Below the pieces are notes generated by a model. The model saw only the letters and a program-made list of their open reading frames with translations. It made no database searches and was not told the origin of the DNA. Positions 24,401 through 32,000 of a stretch of 32,000 nucleotides of DNA are shown one piece after another. The stretch comes from Okeania sp. (lineage in GTDB: Bacteria > Cyanobacteriota > Cyanobacteriia > Cyanobacteriales > Microcoleaceae), in assembly GCF_035285525.1 (NCBI RefSeq), contig NZ_JAYKGW010000061.1, forward strand, positions 30,001 to 62,000. Direction: 5' to 3'. The translations under genes were made by a program, and so were the position numbers. Positions within the stretch are counted from its first letter, which is position 1; each line of letters opens with the position of its first letter.

Positions 24401-25090
24401 ATGATTAACCAAATTATGGAAATGGAAATAGACGAACTATTAAGACAATATGCAAAAGGAGAAAGAAATTTCAGTGGCCTATACTTAATAGAAGCATATT
24501 TGGAAGGAGCCAACTTAGAAGGAGCTAACTTTTTTGAAGCAGACTTAACAGGTGCTAACCTTAGCAAAGCCAACCTCAATCGAATAAACTTGACTAAAGC
24601 GAATCTCAGTGGAGCAAACCTCATTGGAGCCGATTTAAGTGAAGCAAATTTGTCAGATGCTATTTTAGTAGGAGCTAAACTCAATAAAGCAGATCTAACA
24701 AAAGCAAAATTTACCAAAGCAGATTTAAGTCTTTCTAATTTTAGTCAAGTTAATATGGTAGATGCTGACCTCTCCAGAGCTATTCTCTATGAAGTAGACT
24801 TGCATGGAGCTAACTTATACGGTGTTAATCTCCGACGAGCTATTCTTAATAAAGCTGACTTAATAGGAGTTAACCTGGCTAGAGCTGATATGTCAGGAAC
24901 AGACTTAATTGGAGCAAATCTGATGAGAGCAGACTTGACAGAAGCTATTTTAAGTGCTGCTGATTTAGCTGAGGCTAATCTTTTAGGTGCTAATATTTCT
25001 GGTATTAATTTGGATAGAGCTGCTCTCGAAGGAACAACTATGCCGGATGGTACAAGTTATGAAGAGTTTAGTATAGGGTTGACTGAATAA
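24401..25090 (+). CDS. Pentapeptide-repeat protein (cytoplasmic, no signal peptide)
   Basis: 229-aa ORF made almost entirely of A(D/N)LXX pentapeptides (ANLEGANLEGANFFEADLTGANLSKANL...). Confidence 0.9.
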   Translation: MINQIMEMEIDELLRQYAKGERNFSGLYLIEAYLEGANLEGANFFEADLTGANLSKANLNRINLTKANLSGANLIGADLSEANLSDAILVGAKLNKADLTKAKFTKADLSLSNFSQVNMVDADLSRAILYEVDLHGANLYGVNLRRAILNKADLIGVNLARADMSGTDLIGANLMRADLTEAILSAADLAEANLLGANISGINLDRAALEGTTMPDGTSYEEFSIGLTE

Positions 25091-25372
25091 AGTCTTTTGG
25101 TTGAGGTAGGGAGGAGAGAGGATGGGGAAGTGTGAGCAGAATTTTCGCCCATTTTTTGTATAAAAAAGCACGCTTGTCTTGAGATTTTCTGCTGAACAGA
25201 ACCTATCGCTCACCCCTTTGTTAAAAACCTACTCTTGTAAAGCCCCTGAAGGAACTCCTGAAACCCTTGTGGGAAAACCCCTAGCCCCTCCCAGGAGGTG
25301 AAGGGGAGCAGAGACTAGGGGAGAAAGGAGTAACAATCATAGTCGCTAAGTAAAAATATTTAAGCGATCGCC

Positions 25373-25690
25373 AAAAAACGTGTTTTTTCATACACTTTTC
25401 TCCCGATTTATTGGGAACCGTCAAAGCCGAACCAAGACTTATAGATAACTTGTCATTAATGCCGAAGTTTTATGTTCAGAAATGTGTTGATCAAGCATAG
25501 CTTTGTCAAGGGGAAGGAGGGGGAGGAAAAATCCTGTCTACAGTTATCAAAAAAATATATTTTTCAATACACTTTTCTCCCAAAAAACCTTTGAGAGGCT
25601 TGTCTATAATTTATCTATGTTTATCAAGTTTTATGCTCAGAAATGTGTTGATAAAGCATAGCTTTAAAAGAAGGGAAGGGGGAATTTTCT
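25373..25690 (+). repeat. Dispersed repeat family G, two tandem ~145-175-bp units
   Basis: Both units contain AAAAAA..T.TTTTTCA(A)TACACTTTTCTCCC and the conserved GTTTTATGYTCAGAAATGTGTTGATMAAGCATAGCTTT followed by a GGGAAGG run. An inverted copy, split by MITE A2, lies at 8096-8360. Confidence 0.8.
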
Positions 25691-25888
25691 CTGCTTTCTG
25701 CCTTACATTCATGGGTAATCTCTTTTTTCAACCAGATTTAGTATTACTTGTTTCCTAAATATAGATTAAATTTTATTCTTTAATTCAGAAAATTTTTTAT
25801 AATACAGTAAATTCCAGATTAATATGATAATATTGGGAAAAATACTTTTTTTAAGTTCCCCTCTAAATCACTTTCCCTATTTCCTAAA

Positions 25889-26656
25889 ATGAGATTCAAC
25901 ATCTTTTCTACTGTTTTAATTTTCACTACAATTTCTCCTATTTTTCCAGCCATTGCTGAGAATATCCAACATACACAAAAATTATTATCTAGCAAACAAT
26001 GTCCTAATTGTGAATTAACTGGTGCTGGTTTGGTATTAGCAAATCTTCAAGGTGCTAACTTAGAGGGAGCTAATTTGAGTGGAGCTAATCTCAGTCGTGC
26101 GAACTTAATAGGGGCAAATTTATCTGGGGCAAATTTGGCTGGAGCAAGTTTATTTGGGGCGAATTTAACGGGTGCAAATTTAACAGGTGCGAATTTAGCT
26201 GGTACAGATTTAAGAAGTGCTTATTTAACTGGTGCTAATTTAACAGATGTTGACCTAAAAAATACTTTTTTATTAGGTGTTATTGGATTGTCTTCTGATG
26301 TTGGTGAAGCTGAAGATTTTTATCGGTTAGGCATTGCTGAAGCTAAAGCCGGACATTATAAAGATGCTGTCAAATATTATAATCAAGCTATTAGTTTAAA
26401 ACCTGATTTAGCTGCTGCTTATTTTGCCAGAAGTATGGCTCTTGCTGACCTGGGAAGTCTAGAAAGGGCGCTGGTAGATGCAGAAAAATCTAGGGAAATT
26501 TTTATTTCTAAAGGTAGCCAAGAGGGTGAAGAATTATCACAAACTTTAGTAGAAATTATTGACTTACGTTTAAATCCTCCAGAACCAAAAAAGCCTAATC
26601 AAATTGTACATGCTATTGGTTCGTTACTTCCTTCTTTATTAAGATTAGCGTTTTAA
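25889..26656 (+). CDS. Secreted pentapeptide-repeat protein with a C-terminal TPR-like domain
   Basis: 255-aa ORF with an N-terminal signal-like segment (MRFNIFSTVLIFTTISPIFPAIA). About 20 pentapeptide repeats follow (GANLEGANLSGANLSRANLIGANL...). It ends with TPR-like helices (YRLGIAEAKAGHYKDAVKYYNQAISLKPDLAAAYFARS). Confidence 0.88.
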   Translation: MRFNIFSTVLIFTTISPIFPAIAENIQHTQKLLSSKQCPNCELTGAGLVLANLQGANLEGANLSGANLSRANLIGANLSGANLAGASLFGANLTGANLTGANLAGTDLRSAYLTGANLTDVDLKNTFLLGVIGLSSDVGEAEDFYRLGIAEAKAGHYKDAVKYYNQAISLKPDLAAAYFARSMALADLGSLERALVDAEKSREIFISKGSQEGEELSQTLVEIIDLRLNPPEPKKPNQIVHAIGSLLPSLLRLAF

Positions 26657-26783
26657 TCAACTTTTCAGTGATTAGTTATTAGTTGTTAGTTATTAGGGAT
26701 TTTGGAAATACTAAAGTTTAATTTTTTCATCTTCTGAAAATGAGTACAAATAATATCAAATTCGTATATTTTAGACTTTGACA

Positions 26784-26846
26784 AGAAACCGGGGTTGTGA
26801 ATAAAAATATCAGTCTGTTAAGGCATTTAAAACAAACCCGGTTTCT
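26784..26846. repeat. 10-bp perfect inverted repeat between convergent genes (possible weak bidirectional terminator)
   Basis: AGAAACCGGG (26784-26793) and CCCGGTTTCT (26837-26846) are separated by 43 nt and followed by ACGCTTTTT. The loop is large for a classical intrinsic terminator. Confidence 0.3.
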
Positions 26847-26918
26847 ACGCTTTTTCCTATCAATGAAATTTATTCAAAGTAAGAATTTAACTTTTAACTT
26901 CTGACTTCTAACTTTTGT

Positions 26919-28034
26919 TTAACCCCTTCCCGGTAAAAAACTACTACTCAACTTCTTAATAGCAGTATTAGCAATATCTGCATAACTTAATTCCCCACAC
27001 AAAATTTTACTCATTACCGTAGTAGCTGCTGGTAACTTAACTCCTACTTTATAAGCTACTTTAGGAAACCGATAAAATGCTCCTGCTAAACGACTCGCCC
27101 AAACCATATCTGCGCCCCATTCTTCATTAATTATTTGAGTATATTTTGACAGAGCATTTTTATTACCCCCTAAAGCTTCATCTATAGCTTCAGCAGCTTT
27201 GACACCACTAAAAATTGAAGGGCGAATACCTTCTGCTGATAAAGGGTCTGATAAACTTGCTGCTTCTCCTGCTAATACAGCATTTTGAGCGTGCAGATTT
27301 TTATCTCCATCCCACAATGAAATATAACCTTCTAATAATTTATCTTTACTTACATTTACACCAATTTGTTGAACATATTCCAGCAAATTTTGAGAGAGAT
27401 TTTTTACTTCTCCACCTCTAAAAGTAGCAATACTAATTGAATAAGAATCAGCCTTAGGAAAACCCCAAATATTTCCATTTTTAACTGAACCAAATTCAAA
27501 GGTAGCTGTTTGATTTGATTGATTTAATGGTGCTTCTAAAACTAGACTTTGCCGTTTTTTAGACTCTTTAAAACCTAACCATTTAGCCATCGGACCTTTG
27601 GCACCATCGGCAGCAATTAAATAACGACAAGTAAGAGGTTCTAGAGTTGTTTGAACTTCCCAATAATCGCTTTTAAATTTAATACCTGTAACTTCCGTTT
27701 TATCTCTTAATTCTGCACCTTTTTCTTGAGCTTTTTCGATGAGAAAATTATCAAAAATATCCCGTTTTACCATCCACATCGGAACAGGCAAATCTGCTTC
27801 TACAGGATCTTCTAATTTCCAGGTATAACGAATTTTTTCCACCATCAGAGAAATAGCCGGAGTTAAATCAAAATCAAACCATTGAGCGATGGCTGGAGAT
27901 ACTCCACCACCACAAGCTTTAATTCTAGGCCAAGATTCTTTTTCTATGACTAAAACGGAACGTCCTTTCTTTGCTAAATGATAAGCTGCTGTTCCTCCTG
28001 CTGGACCTGCTCCGACAATTATACAATCAAACAT
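26919..28034 (-). CDS. FAD-dependent oxidoreductase, geranylgeranyl reductase family
   Basis: 371-aa ORF with the N-terminal dinucleotide-binding motif DCIIVGAGPAGGTAAYHLAKKG and an internal LIAADGAKG motif. The size and motifs fit the geranylgeranyl-reductase-like flavoprotein family. The substrate is unknown. Confidence 0.82.
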   Translation of the reverse strand: MFDCIIVGAGPAGGTAAYHLAKKGRSVLVIEKESWPRIKACGGGVSPAIAQWFDFDLTPAISLMVEKIRYTWKLEDPVEADLPVPMWMVKRDIFDNFLIEKAQEKGAELRDKTEVTGIKFKSDYWEVQTTLEPLTCRYLIAADGAKGPMAKWLGFKESKKRQSLVLEAPLNQSNQTATFEFGSVKNGNIWGFPKADSYSISIATFRGGEVKNLSQNLLEYVQQIGVNVSKDKLLEGYISLWDGDKNLHAQNAVLAGEAASLSDPLSAEGIRPSIFSGVKAAEAIDEALGGNKNALSKYTQIINEEWGADMVWASRLAGAFYRFPKVAYKVGVKLPAATTVMSKILCGELSYADIANTAIKKLSSSFLPGRG

Positions 28035-28390
28035 TTTTTTTCTAACTTTAATATTGATATTTTTGGTGGTTTGGTAAAACGTGAAAAAGTTAATTGAGTA
28101 GGGGTATTTCCTAATAAAATAGATAGTTAATTAACTTATTAAAACTATCTATCTATAGAACTACCCTTTGTAAAAAAAAAGTGTAAGCATTGAGCTATTA
28201 GCACCTCAGCAGTCAACCAATAGTCAAGCAAACATACAAGACTGATTAAAATTAGCTGACGATATTTTTCTTTAGGTTTCACTTTTTAGATATTAATTTA
28301 TCCTTCAAAACAGGATAAATTAATAAGTCATAGCTGATGGCTAATAGTTGATGGCTAAATGCTTATGTAAAAGTTATGATTTTCTATTCT

Positions 28391-28572
28391 ACCGAATAAT
28401 TAATAATTAAATAATTCAGGTTCAAACTCTCCCTGGAAACGGAAAAAAGCAGTCGAGAGATAGCGAGGAGACCTCGCCATCTTTAAATTGACCAAGAGAA
28501 ATAATTTTTTTCCTTTAAGGGTCAATCTTCTTCCTAAAAGGGAGAAGTAATTATCAATTATCTATTAATGAA
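28391..28572 (-). repeat. Dispersed repeat family H, copy 2 (inverted, with an extra ~60-bp internal segment holding the hairpin GCGAGGAGACCTCGC)
   Basis: The reverse complement reads AATAGATAATTGATAATTACTTCTCCCTTTTAGGAAGAAGATTGACCCTTAAAGGAAAAA...ATTATTTAATTATTAATTATTCGGTA. Confidence 0.75.
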
Positions 28573-28797
28573 CTTTTCTTTTCTAAGATACTCCATTTTG
28601 AATGCCTTTGTCGATAAATAGAGGAGAGGGGTTTAAAAGTAAGGATTTCCAGCGGAATGCTGCGCAAACAGCTATTGTTCCTAGTTTTAGATAACAGTAT
28701 TATTAATTAATAGACGACAAATTAGAGTTTACTACACTGATCCCACCTTTATTTCTGATAGCTGAATCCTGAGATTAGCTGACAGATAATTGCTTAC

Positions 28798-29346
28798 TTA
28801 AACCGTCATAATATCCTTCTCTTTTGCTGCTAATAATTCATCAATTTTAGCGATGTATTTATCAGTTTTCTTTTGAATTTTGTCTTGCAAATCTCGTGAT
28901 TCATCCTTAGATATATCACTCTTTTTTTCTTGTTTCCTAACTGAATCTACTGCCTCACGACGAATATTCCGGATAGAAACTTTCCCCTCTTCAGCAAGTT
29001 TTGCTGCTAACTTAACCATTTCCTGACGACGCTCACTTGTTAGTGGAGGAATATTTAATCTCACAATAGAGCCATCATTGTTGGGAGTTAAACCAACATC
29101 TGACATATTAATAGCTTTTTCAATTAAACCAAGACTACTTTTATCAAAAGGTTGAATAGTAATTGTGCTAGCATCTGGGACACCAATATTTGCCATAGAC
29201 TTCAGTGGAGTTGGAGTTCCATAATACTCCACTATTACTCTGTCTAACAGAGAAATATTAGCTCTTCCAGTTCTAATAGTATTGAAGGAACTTTTAGTCG
29301 CTTCAATTGCTTTTTGCATCTTCTCTTCAGCTTCTTCTAGATTCAT
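28798..29346 (-). CDS. frr: Ribosome recycling factor
   Basis: 182-aa [31 protein letters not shown] and the rest are typical RRF. A GGAGG Shine-Dalgarno sits about 5 nt upstream of the ATG, inside the pyrH 3' end. Confidence 0.95.
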   Translation of the reverse strand: MNLEEAEEKMQKAIEATKSSFNTIRTGRANISLLDRVIVEYYGTPTPLKSMANIGVPDASTITIQPFDKSSLGLIEKAINMSDVGLTPNNDGSIVRLNIPPLTSERRQEMVKLAAKLAEEGKVSIRNIRREAVDSVRKQEKKSDISKDESRDLQDKIQKKTDKYIAKIDELLAAKEKDIMTV

Positions 29347-30061
29347 TTGAACCTCCTACAATAGTTCCTATTTTTTCTCCCATAACAGCTTTACGGATAT
29401 TACCCGAAACTGACAGGTTAAATACAATAATTGGGATATTATTTTCTTTACAAAGAGCGATCGCTGTACTATCCATCACCCGTAAGTCTTGAGCTAAGAC
29501 TTCGCTATAAGTTAGGGACTGGTATAGTTTAGCCTCTGGATTCTGATGTGGGTCAGAATCATAGACCCCATCAACTTTAGTGGCTTTAAAAATTACCTCT
29601 GCATCTATTTCTGCGGCTCTGAGAGCCGCAGTAGTGTCAGTGGTAAAAAAAGGATTACCAGAACCTGCACCAAAAACTACTACTCTACCTTTTTCTAAAT
29701 GGCGAATAGCTCGACGACGAATATAAGGTTCGGCCACTTCCTGCATAGAGATGGCTGTTTGGACTCTTGTTGGTACTCCTGTTTGTTCCAGAGCATCCTG
29801 TAAAGTGATGGCATTCATCACAGTGGCAATCATACCAACATAATCTGCTGTTGCCCTATCCATTCCTTTAGAGGCTGCTTTTACGCCTCTAAAAATATTA
29901 CCGCCTCCGACTACAATTGCCATTTGGATTCCTGTGGCCGCTACTTCGGCCACTTCTTGAGCAATGCCTTGGACTACTGCTGGGTCAATGCCGTAGCCAA
30001 GACCACCCATCAGGGCTTCGCCACTTAATTTGAGTAAAACCCGTTGATAACGTGTCCCCAT
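29327..30061 (-). CDS. pyrH: UMP kinase PyrH
   Basis: 244-aa ORF with [23 protein letters not shown] and [19 protein letters not shown] motifs. It overlaps the frr start by 20 nt. Confidence 0.95.
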   Translation of the reverse strand: MGTRYQRVLLKLSGEALMGGLGYGIDPAVVQGIAQEVAEVAATGIQMAIVVGGGNIFRGVKAASKGMDRATADYVGMIATVMNAITLQDALEQTGVPTRVQTAISMQEVAEPYIRRRAIRHLEKGRVVVFGAGSGNPFFTTDTTAALRAAEIDAEVIFKATKVDGVYDSDPHQNPEAKLYQSLTYSEVLAQDLRVMDSTAIALCKENNIPIIVFNLSVSGNIRKAVMGEKIGTIVGGSNESRRS

Positions 30062-30114
30062 GCTGTCAGTATTTTCTCAACTAAAGTTGCTTTCACAATA
30101 AGATACCAGATATC

Positions 30115-30485
30115 AGTTATTAGTTAAAAGAGGGAGTAGGGAGTAGGGAGTAGGGAGTAGGGGGGGAATAATAGATGTCTAGTTATTAGTCAAAAGAGGG
30201 AGTAGGGAATAGGGAGTAGAGGCAAATAATATATTTCTAGTTATTAGTTATTAGTTATTAGTTAAAAGAGGGAGTAAGAAGTAGGGGCGAATAATAGATG
30301 TCTAGTTATCAGTTATTAATTATTAGTTAAAAGGGGGAGTAGGTAGTAGGGAGTAGGGAGGAATAATAGATGTCTAGTTATCAGTTATTAATTATTAGTT
30401 AAAAGAGGGAGCAGGTAGTAGGTAGTAGGGAAGAATAATAGATGTCTAGTTATCAGTTATTAATTATTAGTTATTAGTTTTAAAT
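30115..30485 (+). repeat. Minisatellite: about 5.5 tandem units of 58-72 bp, built from nested heptamers (TTATTAG)n and (GGGAGTA)n plus a constant AATAATAGATGTCTAGTTAT core
   Basis: Units start at AGTTAT at 30115, 30181, 30239, 30304, 30376 and 30448. The last two full units are 72 bp and nearly identical. Confidence 0.9.
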
Positions 30486-30536
30486 TATCAGTATTTCTAT
30501 AATTTTCTCCTGAATCATGACTCCCAACACACAGAA

Positions 30537-31505
30537 CTATAGATTTTGTTGATGCTCTTTTTTTCGACTACAATAAATCAATAAAAGCATCAATAAACCC
30601 ATCCCAAAAATGTATTTAAAAATATTTGGTATTAATGGATTTGGAGAGAAAAAACCTTCAACAATTCCAGCAATAACTAACAATCCGACTACACCAAAAA
30701 TTAATTGTGCAGCTTGGAAACCATAAAACTTTAAAGCATCAACTCGACGATATTTACCCGGAAATAAAATTGCTCTTGCTATTAATAAACCAGCTCCACC
30801 AGCGAAAAATATAGCAGGTAATTCTAAAGCGCCATGAGGAAATACAAATGCCCAAAAAGGAAATGCTAAATTATGCTGACCAACTAAAGCGCTTATTGAC
30901 CCAATTAATAATCCATTAAATACCAATAAATAAATTGTGTAAACACCACCACTAATACCACCAGCAACTACACTAAATGAAACCCGTAAATTATTAATTA
31001 TAATATTACTAGAAGCTAGAGGTTCAATTCCTACTATTGACCCCATCCATAATTCCTGGCGATCGCGTACCTGAGAAATTAGAGATTCTGGTACTACTAA
31101 AGACATAAACACTGGGTCTTGCCAACTATACCACCAAGCTACCAGTCCAGCCACTAAAAAAAATGCTGTCCCTACCGCAGTATAAGCCCAAGTTTCTTGT
31201 ACAATTGCGGGAAATCCCCATTGACAAAATTCCCAAACTGCTAGCCATTCTTGCTTTCGTTTTCCTTGATAAATTTGAGTGTAACTACGAGCGGTTAACC
31301 TTTGTAAGTCTTGTTCCAAAATAGTTCCCACTTGATGGGTTTTAGCACGAGCTAAATCTGCTGATACAGAACGATACAAACTCGCCATTTCTTGAATCTG
31401 AGTTGCGGACAATGATTTTAATCCTTTGTCTTCCACTTTTCTTAATAGACTGTCTAAATGTTTCCAATTTTTTTCCCGACGACGAATCCAACGATTAATA
31501 TTCAT
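30537..31505 (-). CDS. SpoIIM/DUF95-family integral membrane protein
   Basis: 322-aa ORF. It has a soluble helical N-terminal ~100 aa followed by about 6 TM helices. The layout and motifs (FPHGALELPAIFFAG) resemble stage II sporulation protein M-like proteins common in cyanobacteria. Confidence 0.75.
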   Translation of the reverse strand: MNINRWIRRREKNWKHLDSLLRKVEDKGLKSLSATQIQEMASLYRSVSADLARAKTHQVGTILEQDLQRLTARSYTQIYQGKRKQEWLAVWEFCQWGFPAIVQETWAYTAVGTAFFLVAGLVAWWYSWQDPVFMSLVVPESLISQVRDRQELWMGSIVGIEPLASSNIIINNLRVSFSVVAGGISGGVYTIYLLVFNGLLIGSISALVGQHNLAFPFWAFVFPHGALELPAIFFAGGAGLLIARAILFPGKYRRVDALKFYGFQAAQLIFGVVGLLVIAGIVEGFFSPNPLIPNIFKYIFGMGLLMLLLIYCSRKKEHQQNL

Positions 31506-31570
31506 TAAGCTTTCCTCATAGTCATTTTTTCTACCTTAAGATCGGAGTAAAATTTAGGTAAGCATTCAGT

Positions 31571-31707
31571 TATAGCCATCCTATTTTATTCATGTCAAAA
31601 ATCTTCCCTTTTTTCGGGAATAGGTATGGAGGCAATAGGTAATGGGTAAAAGTTTCGGAACTTATTTCTAGTTTTTGATTTGTTACAACCTATTTAGGAT
31701 TGCTATA
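31571..31707 (+). mobile_element. MITE-like element, family C, copy C3
   Basis: TATAGCCATCCTATTTTATTCATGTCAAAAATC...ACAACCTATTTAGGATTGCTATA. Confidence 0.8.
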
Positions 31708-31874
31708 TTAGGCATCAGCTATTCCTGGGGAATGCTGCGCCAACAGCAAATCCTATTTAAACTTTAAAATTTATTTAAATGAATATAACTTTTAAAGTTG
31801 GCTTTGATAGCAAGATTCTATTTCCCTCAACTAATTCCCTCAACTAATTAAGATTTTATCTAAAACTAAAATAA

Positions 31875-31997
31875 ATATCGCAATCCTATTTTATTTGTGT
31901 ACAAAATTTCATTGCTTTTTAGGGAACAGGGAACAGCCCGGAGTTTCAGTTTTTTATTTATTTCTTAATTAGTCACAACGTATTTAGAATTGCTATA
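31875..31997 (+). mobile_element. MITE-like element, family C, copy C4
   Basis: ATATCGCAATCCTATTTTATTTGTGTACAAAATTTCATTGCTTTTTAGGGAACAGGGAACAG...TCACAACGTATTTAGAATTGCTATA. Confidence 0.8.
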
Positions 31998-32000
31998 GAT

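Noticed and set aside
24388-24717. 109-aa ORF antisense to the first pentapeptide-repeat gene. The same applies to other antisense ORFs in the track: 1642-2100, 2128-2328, 4409-4633, 11592-11795, 11848-12036, 12379-12639, 21066-21254, 22089-22289, 23656-23904, 24983-25213, 27215-27421 and 29307-29492.
   Set aside because: Each lies inside, or in the case of 24983-25213 partly overlaps, a longer opposite-strand ORF that has strong family motifs. Antisense open frames are expected in repetitive or biased coding sequence.
26784-26846. Classical Rho-independent terminator between the convergent pentapeptide-repeat and oxidoreductase genes
   Set aside because: The 10-bp stem is perfect, but the 43-nt loop and the weak T-run make a canonical intrinsic terminator doubtful. 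It is kept only as a low-confidence inverted repeat.
28410-28440. tRNA-like T-arm string GGTTCAAACTCTCC
   Set aside because: No acceptor stem, D-arm or anticodon arm can be drawn around it, and it lies in the family-H dispersed repeat.
30115-30485. Possible CRISPR array (regularly spaced ~65-72-bp periodicity)
   Set aside because: The whole unit repeats. There are no unique spacers between conserved repeats, and variation is only in the copy number of embedded heptamers. No cas genes are nearby.

Overview
This is an AT-rich chromosomal segment that looks like a filamentous, Nostocales-type cyanobacterium. The evidence for that origin is 10 copies of the HIP1 octamer GCGATCGC, many heptameric STRR-type arrays ((GGGAGTA)n, (TAATGGA)n, (TTATTAG)n, (TTTTRAC)n, (TTCTTCC)n), and typical gene content. 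I support 18 protein-coding features. From left to right they are: pilT (5' part) and pilB; a 578-aa polytopic membrane protein; an orphan DndE-like gene; a ComFB-family gene; thiD; ftsZ and ftsQ; a 457-aa P-loop ATPase; a 1864-aa TPR/STAND-NTPase/TM/14xWD40 protein; rsmG; two pentapeptide-repeat proteins; an FAD-dependent (geranylgeranyl-reductase-family) oxidoreductase; frr and pyrH; and a SpoIIM/DUF95-like membrane protein. Roughly a third of the window is non-coding. That space is filled by at least eight families of MITE-like or dispersed repeats, several tandem arrays, and one decayed IS5-family element. I found no rRNA, tRNA or CRISPR array. The best candidate for an undescribed system is the two-NTPase block at 15054-22743. 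It pairs a small effector-less ATPase with a giant STAND-WD40 protein, and a structured tandem repeat separates the two genes. The giant gene also carries two repeat-like in-frame insertions. Secondary points of interest are the orphan dndE-like and comFB-like genes in a MITE-rich gap, a 78-nt pure-pyrimidine microsatellite abutting the rsmG start, G-quadruplex-capable heptamer arrays at gene ends, and a MITE insertion that can be compared with an empty site elsewhere in the window. Limits: everything was read by eye from the sequence and the ORF track. No similarity search, folding or statistics were run. Repeat boundaries are approximate (about +/-5 nt), and family assignments rest on recognised motifs.
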